A DNA stretch of 63,675 bases, the filler included, from Chrysochromulina tobinii (taxonomy: Eukaryota), in the NCBI GenBank assembly GCA_001275005.1. It is 7 parts of 7 records of this genome, joined end to end, with 100 filler letters (N's around TTAATTAATTAA, not from the genome) between each part and the next. Parts side by side here need not be neighbours in the genome. Positions count along the whole stretch, not along the records: positions 41,844 to 56,011 come from JWZX01000709.1; positions 56,112 to 61,901 come from JWZX01000710.1; positions 62,002 to 63,675 come from JWZX01000741.1; 4 more parts are not named here. One strand, given 5' to 3'. The translations under genes were made by a program, and so were the position numbers. This document shows, in pieces, positions 54,360-63,675 of the stretch (within the stretch, counting starts at the first letter, position 1; every line of letters starts with the position of its first letter). The notes under the pieces were generated by a model. The model ran no database searches. It saw only the letters and a list, made by a program, of their open reading frames with translations, and had not been told where the DNA came from.

Positions 54360-56011
54360 TCACCGACGTTCAGCCAAAAGAACCGCTTCCCAAAGTGCCT
54401 GCAAATCAGGAGGGAGTTGGTCATGGTCCTCTTCATCTTGCTTTGAGGGAGGGTGCGCTGCCACGACGTTGCGCTGGCCTGAATCCGCTGAACCTACAGT
54501 TGCTTCGGGAGGGTCAGCCTTTTCCTCGGCCTGGTCGTCTGAATCCTGGCAGACTGCCAGCCGAGCAGGCTGCCAGCCTGCTCCCCCCCAAGCCAAGGGC
54601 GAGGGTGCATCTGCATCAGTTGCTTTGAGAGGTTCCTCCTTCTCCTCGCCCTGGTTGTCTGAAGCCTCGGTCGCGGGTGCATCTGCATCAGTTGCTATGA
54701 GAGGTGCCTCCTTCTCCTCGCCTTGATCTTCTGAAGCCTCGGTCGCGGGTGCATCTGCATCAGTTGCTTCGAGAGGTGCCTCCTTCTCCTCGCCCTGATC
54801 GTCTGAAGCCTCGGTCGCGGGTGCATCTACATCAGTTGCTTCGAGAGGGCCCTCCATTTCATTATGGACATCTTGAAGAGACGACCCATCCGCGCGAGCG
54901 ATGGAAGGCCTCGAGAGTGGTTGGTCGACCGCTTGAGTAGGCTCGCACAGCACAGAAATTGGTGCGTCAACCTTCAAAGGAGCCGAAGGCATCGTGGCTC
55001 CCTGAACTGCCGCCCAGAGCGAATGTAGTTCTCGAGGGACTGGAGCTCCAGAAGCCTGAACCGCTTCCCAAATCACCTGCAAACCAGGAGTTCTAGGCAT
55101 CTGACCACTCGTACTTGGGGTGCTCGTCGAGGTTCGAGGGAGGCGGGTATGGCAGAAAAGCTCGGCCCTCTTGGCATCAATCTGGATGGGTGTCAGCATG
55201 GGTGCCACCCGCCGGGTGCGAGGAAGGCTTTTGAGGGCGAGGGGGGAGGGCTGGACCCCAGGAGGTGGGCGCACTGGTTGGGCATTGACGGCGGCAACGC
55301 CGCTCGAAGGAATACGATGCTGACCAGCATCGGCTCGTCGAGTGGCTGGTTCCCTCCACAGCTCGTCCCTCGACGTTTCCCTCGATTCTCTCCGAGAGTG
55401 CCCCTGCGAGCCCGACGTAGGCGACCCCATCTCAAAGAGCCCCGCCATTGGAGAGCGGACCGAATCTCGGACCGAATCTCGGAGCGCCAATTCGCTCTGC
55501 AACGCTGCCTCGAGATCGCCAACGCGCTCCAGTCGCGACGATGATGACTTGCGGCGGCAGCAACGGTAGTATAGGGCAACCCCCCCCAAGAGGGTAAGAC
55601 ATCCAGCAAGCGCAGCAAGCACTTGGTTGTTGACGAGTCGGAGCTCCATCAGCCAGTCTACTGCTTTGTGGGGCAGCGGCAGCATCGGCGGCGGTGGCGA
55701 TGGCGCGTTGAAGGCGACCGTTCGGCGCGAGGACTGAACAGACAGCACCTGAACGCCCAATCTGATTGATAGGTCTGCTAGCGTGCCGTCGCACGAGGCG
55801 CTAACGGAGGTGCAGTTGCGCACCATGGCGGCGGCATTGGGCGCGGCGCGCGGCAGCACGATGGTAGCCTCGACGGCCACGCTGCTGGCTTGTACAACAA
55901 GCGAGACGCACTCGGGATATGCACCCGCCTGCTCATCTACCCAAACCGCCAGCTGGTTTGCGAGCGTCCGCCGACTAGCGTCATCGTCGTATTCGGTCAC
56001 CATGCTGGCGA
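54360..56011 (-). CDS. Single-pass membrane protein with a Pro stretch and acidic repeats, 5'-partial
   Basis: TM helix VLAALAGCLTLLGGVALYY then RCCRRK; architecture similar to the gene at 18-2009. Confidence 0.55.
54604..54847. repeat. 72-bp coding tandem repeat (~3.5 copies)
   Basis: Encodes PLEATDADAPATEASEDQGEEKEA variants. Confidence 0.85.
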
Positions 56012-56111
56012 NNNNNNNNNNNNNNNNNNNNNNNNNNNNNNNNNNNNNNNNNNNNTTAATTAATTAANNNNNNNNNNNNNNNNNNNNNNNNNNNNNNNNN
56101 NNNNNNNNNNN
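56012..56111. other. Artificial contig linker
   Basis: N-run + TTAATTAATTAA + N-run. Confidence 0.98.
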
Positions 56112-56307
56112 CACCAGCGTGTCCCCAGACTCTCATCTTCGGCCGACCGAAGGCCACACACCGGCCCAAGGCAACGCACGCGTGAGCGCGGGCACGTACC
56201 CCCCCACCCCTCATATCACATTGGGGCCGGGAGGTGGAGTGAGCGTGGGGGGACCGCGAAGAAACTGAACTGAACTGAACGAGCCGAATTCCGCGTCCTT
56301 TCGCTTC

Positions 56308-58044
56308 ATGTCCTCAGATGCGCGCGTCGGCCTCGCCGAGGCGCGTCGGCCTCCTCGTCCGAGCCTCGGCGGCGCCGAGAGGCTGGTCGGGTCGCCGCCC
56401 ATGGTTGCCCAGGCGCGCCGCAAGGTGCCCGTCGTGCAGCTCTTTCTCAACCTTGAAGGGCTGCCGCGCTGCCGCATGCGCGTGGCAGTGCTCGGCGACG
56501 GCAATATGGAGCTCGCGGGAACGCGCCCATCCGAGCGGCTCGACCCCATGTTCGAGGAGCACCTGGAGCTTTTTGGCAATGCGGCGGGCAAGGATTCGTC
56601 GCAGCTGCTAACCTTTGTGGTGCAGCACGTCGGGCCAGGCGAGCGCTGGCGCGAGGCAACCATCAGAACGATTGCGACAGCGCACATCGCGAGCGACGAG
56701 CTACGCCGCGCGGGCCATAACAACCCACACGAGGGCGCGGCAGTGCCGCTGCCGCTGCGGCTCGTCGAGGACGCGTGGCCCGAGGGTGCTCCTCCACACG
56801 CGTCCCTCTCCTACGGCGACCAGCGCCAGCCGGCGCGCCCGACGCTCCACTGCTACGTGCACGCGGGCTACCACTACCAGTCGTCGCGACGGCATTCGTT
56901 CGGAGCGTCGCCTCGCCGGAGTATCTCGGGCGGCGTGGATGAGGCGCCCGAGCACTCGCCTCGGGCAAGCATGGCCATGCCCTCGCGCCGGCCGATCCTC
57001 GAGCTCGCGTACGCGTGTACACCTGGCGGCGGCTCGACGCGCGCGCTCGTGCTCCATGTGCGCGGCCGGAACACGAGCTCGCACCGCGCCGTGCGCCTCG
57101 GCCGCGCGAGCTTGCATTTGGGCGGCGTGCCAGGCGGTGGCATGGGCGCTTGGGAGCTCATACCCAACGACGCGGCTGTCGCCACTACCGATGGCGCCAC
57201 CCTCCCCCCCGGCGGTCGCTTCGAGAGTCATCTTCTCTTGCAATGGGTGTCTCCCGGCGCGGTCACGAGAAGCCGGGAAGGGAGCTGTAGCAGCATGAGA
57301 AGCCGGGAGAATAGTCTCGGCGGCGGCTTGGGCAGCGGCTTGGGCAGCGGCTTGGGCAGTGCGAGGAGCAGAGAAGGTAGTCTTGGCGGCAGCGGCGGCT
57401 CGGGCGGAGGCGCGGCGTACGAGTCGCAGCTCGCCGAGCTCCGTGTCGGCTATGCGATCGAGCCCCTCTCCTTCTCCGAGGACGATGAGGGCGAGGGTAT
57501 CGGCGACGGCGAGCCGGCTCAGGGCGCCGTCGCGGGTGCGGTTGCTGCGAGCAGCTCAGGTCCGCGTGTGCGCAGCGTGCAGGTGAGCCTGCCTCCACTG
57601 GTCGCGCTGCAGCCCTTTAGCATCCGCACACACGGCCTCTCGCCGGAGGGCTTGCGTGTGGGCGGGCTGGCCGAGCTCGAGCTTGAGCTCGCGTGGCCGA
57701 CGCTCGCTGCGGCAGCGGCGGGGCGCGGCGCCGCGTGGATGCAGCCGTGGAGCGTCGTGGCTGAGCTCCTACCGAGCTCCGATTGGATTCTCCTCGGACT
57801 CTATCGACAGCCCTTCCCGGTGGGGCTCGAGCGTGCCGCACGTGATTCCGTCGTGCTGCGTTGGCGACTGCTGGCGCTCACCGCGGGCTACGTGCCGCTG
57901 CCCGCGCTCACGCTGCACAAGCTGCCCAACGCAGCCGAGCCTGGCGTGGGCGTGGGGCAGGGCATCGAGCTGCCCATGCCGGCGTATCTGATGGGCTCGA
58001 CTGTCCTTGTGGCCGCAAAGGACGCGGTGGTCGAGGTGGTTTGA
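56308..58044 (+). CDS. TRAPPC10/11-like C-terminal region (probably a last exon)
   Basis: Terminal WILLG...VVLRWRLLALTAGYVPLPALTL pattern typical of TRAPP large-subunit C-terminal domains. Confidence 0.5.
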   Translation: MSSDARVGLAEARRPPRPSLGGAERLVGSPPMVAQARRKVPVVQLFLNLEGLPRCRMRVAVLGDGNMELAGTRPSERLDPMFEEHLELFGNAAGKDSSQLLTFVVQHVGPGERWREATIRTIATAHIASDELRRAGHNNPHEGAAVPLPLRLVEDAWPEGAPPHASLSYGDQRQPARPTLHCYVHAGYHYQSSRRHSFGASPRRSISGGVDEAPEHSPRASMAMPSRRPILELAYACTPGGGSTRALVLHVRGRNTSSHRAVRLGRASLHLGGVPGGGMGAWELIPNDAAVATTDGATLPPGGRFESHLLLQWVSPGAVTRSREGSCSSMRSRENSLGGGLGSGLGSGLGSARSREGSLGGSGGSGGGAAYESQLAELRVGYAIEPLSFSEDDEGEGIGDGEPAQGAVAGAVAASSSGPRVRSVQVSLPPLVALQPFSIRTHGLSPEGLRVGGLAELELELAWPTLAAAAAGRGAAWMQPWSVVAELLPSSDWILLGLYRQPFPVGLERAARDSVVLRWRLLALTAGYVPLPALTLHKLPNAAEPGVGVGQGIELPMPAYLMGSTVLVAAKDAVVEVV

Positions 58045-58323
58045 GAGATCTAGCTCTTAGGTATCCCGTCCTACGGGTCTCGTGATCCTCTTCATAGTCG
58101 AGGTGTCGTGATCCTCTCTTCATAGCCGATACCGTGTGATAGGAGTACAGTATCAGTATGATCAGAGGTATCTCGACATCGTCGCTGTGTCCTGTGTGCG
58201 AGTGGCGGCTCCCTTACTCTGAGTTCGTCCGGCCATTATATTGGCCTATACCGAAAACACCTCACCTAGACCTACATGTATCCTGACGGCCGCACAACGG
58301 TGCAAAACGGACCCCTCCCTCTA

Positions 58324-58457
58324 CCTAACCCTAACCCAGGCAAGGAGCCGGAAGCGGAACTCCCTGCTCTGCCACCACAACCCAGGCAAGGAGCCGTAAC
58401 CCTGCTCTGCCACCACCCTAACCCAGGCAAGGAACCGGAACCCTGCTCTGCCACCAC
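58324..58457. repeat. Three ~50-bp degenerate tandem units containing telomere-like CCTAAC
   Basis: aacccaggcaagga(g/a)ccg...ccctgctctgccaccac three times; cctaaccctaaccc at the start. Confidence 0.75.
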
Positions 58458-58713
58458 GGACTAACTCACGAACGACCCCGTCAGACCGTCGGCGCATACA
58501 TGCACACATCTCACTTGCCTCTTGCGGCGCCGCCCGTCGGACCGTCGGCGACAAACACAAGGCCTACACCCTCCAGAGGACTGCTCTGAGTCACGACTTA
58601 ATCACAAGCATCCCGTCGGACCGTCGGCGCAAACGTGCACACTTGCGGCGCCGGCGGTTTCATCACGACTCGACCCGAACCCGAGCGCCGAACCCGAGCG
58701 CCGAACCCGAACC

Positions 58714-61700
58714 TTAAATGGAATCCGCAGATTCTGCCGTCACCCCCTCAACCCCCGACCCGGCAGTAGTAGTCGCTGGACTTTTGTAGTCGCCACGATT
58801 GGCCTTTGCGCCGCAGAGTGCACCTTCGGGTCTGAAGCGACGGAAGTCCATCACGCTTCCCATCACGAAGCGTACGAGCGCGACCGTGGTGCAGACATGC
58901 AAGCAAAGTTCGATCCACCCCTTTGAAGGGTCGGTCCGAAGCTGATCAGACAGACCATGCGCCACGGCTGGCAGGTGAGTGTAGAAGGCTACTGCCGTCA
59001 GCCCCAAACTGATCACCATTTGGGATAGCCAGCCGAGCTTGATGATCGGACGGTCGAGCCACGCAACCCAGCCTTGGGGGATGTTAAAGTCGGTGTGAAG
59101 ACGGTTGAATGCCCAGCCGAGCTTATACACAACACTTGGCACGTGGCTCGGTGCGACGGCATGGTGGCCGAGCGCGCCTGCGAGCCGATTCCACTCAAGG
59201 AGCCAATTGCCTGCGCTCAGTACTTGTGTGATTCTGAGCCCCGCATGGCAGAGGCAGAGGACGAGGACCAGCTCTGGAATGCCCGAGGCCGCGAGAATCC
59301 AGAAAAGGGTGCCAATCGTGCCAGCGGTCGCAGCGGCGAGCCCACCCTTCCGGTCAGCGCGAACTTGGGCAATACACGCCGACTGGATGGCGGTGAAGCC
59401 GCCGACCGCGCCAACCAGCGCGCGTGCCCAGGTGAGAGGGAACCAGAGAGGGAGCGTGCCGCAGAGCAGTACGACACCGACGTGCGACGAGATCCCGGCG
59501 TATCCCAAGGCCGAGTTGGGGGAGACACCTTCCATCGACCGAATGAGGAGGCCGGTCACGGGGAATTGGGACGATTTGATGAGGGCACTGATGACAAGGC
59601 CGGCAGCGCAGATGTCCTTCGAGTTTGCCGGATAATGGTCGAGCTTCGCCTGCATTGCGCCCGCGGAGAGGGTTGGATACCAGGATGGGTATGCGTTCGG
59701 GAGAGCGAATGCGGCGGCGAGCAGAAGGCCGATGTCCGACAGACAGTAGACGAGGAATGCGAAAGTCGCGTTATCTCGAGCAGTCGGCCGGTCCGAGAAA
59801 GCGCCTATGAGGAAGAAGGACGCGAAGCCAAGACACGCCCATCCGAGCGACATCTCATGGAGATCCGATGCCGAGACTACCAGATTGAAGCCAACGAGCA
59901 ACATCGTCGAGAGGATTGCAAATCGGCCAAACATCGTCTCGCCCGTCAAGTAGCGGTGAGAGAAGACGAGGACGCACAGGGTGATGGCGGTGGCGCACGC
60001 CGAGACGGCCGGAGCGGCCGCCAACATTGGCGGGCGGGCTTCTTTGAACGTCATGCCCATCGGACCGGCGCACGATACGATGGCTCCCGCCATGCAGAGG
60101 AGCGTTTCCGCGAGCTCTTTGATGGCCAACCTGCCGTACCAGTTCATCTGAGGGGCTGGCGAGACGTGCTCGACCTTAGCCGTGGTGGGCGGGTAGACCA
60201 ACTTGGCGGTGTGGGTCGTGTGGGTGGTTGAGCCCGAGACAGTATGGGTGGCTGCACCCGGAGGGAGGTCGTACGCGTCGGGCGAGAGCAGCTTGAAGCT
60301 GCCGCCTTCCTGGCGATAGAAGTCCTTGGAAACTGGGTCTCTGATCACCATGCGCACCCAGTCGTTGTACACCAGGTTGGCGAGCTCGTTGCGCCGTTTG
60401 AGGACGTCCTCGACGCGTGAGACGGGCGCGTCGATCACGTAGAGTGCGCGCACCGGTGTTTGCCACTCCCCCATTTGGGTGGGTAAACCGACGAGGAGGT
60501 CGCCGGCTGAGCCTTGGCTCACTCCGAAGTGGCCAACGAGGTTCATGGGCGCTTTGGTGCCCGCTCCCCCGCTGATGGTGGAGAAGAGGTACTCGAGGTT
60601 GATGCCGGATGCGACGATGAGGGCGGGGGCGAGGATGGTCTCCAGATTGGATCCTCGGTCATCGTCGTTGAACGGGTCGTACGAGGGGAGGAAGGGGCGA
60701 CGATCGAGGAAGCAGCCTTTAGTGAGGACTCTCCGACCAACGACGACGCTCGCATTGGTCGCATGGCCGAGCTCGGGCCGCGCCTGGCCGATATCGACGG
60801 AGCGCGTCTTCACATGCGCGATCGCCTGCGCTGGGGTCGAAATCTGCTCGGTGCCGAAGCCTACGATGCCGATAAACTTGGCGGAGCGCTCGAGGGCGTT
60901 CTTGCAGCGTGAATTTTCGAGGATGGCGATGGCGCGCTCGAGAGCCTGCTTATGAGTCGCAGGCACGGCCTCCAAATCATACAGCTCGACGAGGTCGGCG
61001 GTCGTGTCGTGATAGCCTCCTACAAACCACGTGTCACTGGGGATGACAATGCCGAATTTTTCATCGAGTGCCTGCCGGATCGCGGGGTCGTTTGCGCAGC
61101 GCGCAAACATCCTCGCGTTCGCGCCGCCCGAGCGCCCTCCACACGCGCCGCAGTTGTACGCAGCGTCGAAGGGGTTGTTGACGGTGCGAGAGCCGTGGGC
61201 CAGCGCGATGACAAGCGGAGCAAAGTGCTGACGAATACCAATGTTATGAAACATCTGCTTGAGGCGCGCGGCCGCCTCTTCTGTAGTGAACGGGATGTCA
61301 AAGTCCGTTTCGGATGGGGGCACGAAGCATTCCATGCACATGTCCGCGAGCTTGCGCCGCGCCGTCGGCAGGCAGGATACCATCCACAGGTGTACAAGGT
61401 TGCAGACGCTGAGGCTTGCGCCGCAAACCAGCGAGGTGAAGGGGTTCAACGACCAGGTTTCGAAGAGCCAGCCGAAGCGAGCGACGAGCCGAGCGCGCGC
61501 AGTGTGCTTTGGGTTCTTCTCGACCTCGACCATCTTGTGGCCCGCGGGGGGCACGGAGCCCTCGGGGGCGGAGATCCACTCCTTGGAGCCCGGGCACGCC
61601 TTGTAGTGGCGGATGGCGAGATGGAAGAAGCCGGGCACGCCGAAGGTCTCGATCTCGTTCGCCGAGGTCGCGCATGCCTCGATGTAGCGGCGGAATGAGC

Positions 61701-61901
61701 ACTCGCGCTCGTCGAAGCACGTGTAGAACATCAGCGACGGACGCTCCTTGGGCGGCGGCGTGGTTCCATCTGTAGGGTACCGCGCGGCTTGCGCGCTCGC
61801 GGGCGACGCCAGCGTGTTGTTGTTGATGGTGTTGAGCATGATCCTCTCGTACTCATCCTCGAGCTTCTCGAGGCCGGCGTGCGTCTCGCGTGTCAGGGGT
61901 A
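58714..61901 (-). CDS. dabA-dabB: DabA (DUF2309) - DabB (NuoL/ND5-like) fusion, putative inorganic carbon transporter; 5'-partial
   Basis: DabA: CFDERECSFRRYIE, ETFGVPGFF, HGSRTVNNPFDAAYNCGACGG, HDTT, RPELG, SYDP, INLEY, GDL..GLP.Q, LVYNDWV. Then a multi-TM region with LIKSSQFP..SMEGVSPNSALGYAG. Frame open to the contig edge. Confidence 0.92.
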
Positions 61902-62001
61902 NNNNNNNNNNNNNNNNNNNNNNNNNNNNNNNNNNNNNNNNNNNNTTAATTAATTAANNNNNNNNNNNNNNNNNNNNNNNNNNNNNNNNNNNNNNNNNNN
62001 N
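61902..62001. other. Artificial contig linker
   Basis: N-run + TTAATTAATTAA + N-run. Confidence 0.98.
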
Positions 62002-62346
62002 TGAGTGACCGGCGCGCTCCGTCCGAAAGTGAAATGCCTGAGGCGTCCTGCTGCCGCGTGCCCCGCGCGGGGTGTAAGGAGCGTAAGCTCATATATATCA
62101 TTACCGTAGTAGACTGATATGAGACTGATAATCTCCGTGTGAATCGTCGTGCTATGCAGGTCCCGCTAGTACATCCGTACGGATATAGGAATATGCCATT
62201 AATTGAATATCTCACTGTTAGAGTTAGTGTACGACAGAACACAGCGATCACAGTACACAGCTTACGCTCCTTACACCCCGCGCGGGGCACGCGGCAGCAG
62301 GACGCCTCAGGCATTTCACTTTCGGACGGAGCGCGCCGGTCACTCA
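62002..62346. repeat. 88-bp inverted repeat around a 169-bp AT-richer spacer
   Basis: 62002-62089 is the reverse complement of 62259-62346. Confidence 0.9.
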
Positions 62347-63223
62347 TCACGACCTCGGATGTGCGATGTATCACGCTCAGAAGCCGAGCACGAGAGCAGC
62401 GCGACGCAAGGGAGTACGCCTCAGGAACGTCCGGGGTGAGCATGTTCTGCTCGTCGTCCACAGGCACAAGTGTTGGATGTTGGGTCCGTTGCGCCGTGCC
62501 ACCGCCAGAGCAGGAAAAGCGTTACCGCGTGCAGCCCGCTAATGCACAGGTTGCTGATTGCAACAGGGTTGGCACCACCTGCAGCAGAGCTTGGCTCACG
62601 TACCAGGGCTGTAGTGATCGGTGTCGACACTTTGTACATGATTTGTGTTGCAAGCAGTGCAGCCACCATGTACTGTATCGCTGCGTTACTCGGACTCCGA
62701 TAGTGCATCGCGAAGAGAAGAATAGACATGATAAGGATTGCGAAATAGATTGAGAGTAAGATGCCTCTGCCCGCTGTTGGTGTACCCCAAGCATAAACTA
62801 CGGGCTCCCGAGGTGCCGAATGCGATTAGCACTGTACAGACGGCAATTAGGATGACGATGTTTGCCGTAAGAGAAATGCGCACAAAAGCCTTGCGTGTCT
62901 GTGGCTGGTCCTTCCACATGCGAGAGGACGGGCGAAGCAAACACGGCCCCTTCGGATCCTCTTCGGATTTTGGGTCGCGATCTCCGATCTATGTTGCAGC
63001 GATCTCGGCTTTTTCGAGATCCGAGGGCAGACTTTTTCAGGTGTTGCAGATTGTCGCCATCAGGAAGCACGCGACGTTTTGAGCGACTTGACGATAACTG
63101 ATACATTTCGGCGATGCCGGACTCTGTGAAAAAAATCAGGGGACGGCGCGGCCGCTCCGGTGCTGTTGTGCTTTTTGTTGCATGTTAAGTTACACTGTTA
63201 CAGAATTGTTCAGCGGACTAATT

Positions 63224-63675
63224 TTAGTGATCTCTATCGATCGTGGGCTTACTCGTTGGCAACGCCTCGACGTCTACTCGACGCAATCTCAACAACGCCG
63301 CCTCCATCATCCGTCGACTCGCATCACCAAAAGCCGTGGACGTGCGGTAGTCGCCCCAACCATAGATCATTGATCTGAGCTGCGCATACATGTAAGCCCG
63401 CGCTCTGAGTGCGCTGTCCTCTCCGCCAAAGCCAATGACAATGTCATGGAAAAGGTCGCGAACGCCTTGGCTCGAATTCTGGTCGTAGAGCTCTTTTTCG
63501 TCGATCATCGGAAAGACAGACCAGTTCATCCAGAGGGCCGAAAAGGGCAGATGAGGAAAACTTGGACCAACAACTTTGAACCAGCCTTTGTTGCGGCACG
63601 GCGGTTCACAGAGACCAAACAGGCGTCTGCCGACGATAATGGGCACGCAGCCGGCAGCAAAAGCGTCGAATGTGC
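63224..63675 (-). CDS. Exostosin/GT47 glycosyltransferase C-terminal part (runs off the window)
   Basis: Extending the ORF upstream gives TFDAFAAGCVPIIVG, then LPFS...NWS and a Y...DA tail, the GT47 signature order. Confidence 0.7.
   Translation of the reverse strand, partial: TFDAFAAGCVPIIVGRRLFGLCEPPCRNKGWFKVVGPSFPHLPFSALWMNWSVFPMIDEKELYDQNSSQGVRDLFHDIVIGFGGEDSALRARAYMYAQLRSMIYGWGDYRTSTAFGDASRRMMEAALLRLRRVDVEALPTSKPTIDRDH

Noticed and set aside
58714..60100. Mitochondrial nad5 or plastid ndhF insertion (NUMT/NUPT)
   Set aside because: GC-rich, fused in frame to DabA, and lacking several complex I residues; fits DabB better
17932..62001. Six identical TTAATTAATTAA motifs in N-runs; apparent clustering of DAB, MurL and DIRS as one island
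   Set aside because: These are artificial concatenation linkers. The three loci are on separate contigs, so no linkage can be inferred

Overview
High-GC eukaryotic DNA with GT-AG introns, CCT2, TRRAP, FAN1 and a GARP factor. It is probably from a microalga such as a haptophyte, but that is an inference. The window is seven contigs joined by artificial N/TTAATTAATTAA/N linkers, so adjacency across a linker means nothing. Most genes are ordinary eukaryotic housekeeping or low-complexity proteins. Five items stand out. (1) A single ORF fusing DabA/DUF2309 (Zn ligands intact) to a DabB/NuoL-like membrane domain, i.e. a candidate one-polypeptide DAB inorganic-carbon pump in a eukaryotic context (58714-61901). 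(2) An intronless MurL-type peptidoglycan epimerase homologue about 300 bp from intron-containing CCT2. (3) A DIRS-like tyrosine-recombinase retrotransposon encoded as one polyprotein, with a degenerate C5-cytosine-methyltransferase-like domain between RT and RNase H. (4) A cluster of candidate C/D-box snoRNAs in a TRRAP intron. (5) A modular trypsin-like protease with internal duplications. All family assignments are by motif recognition; no database searches were run.
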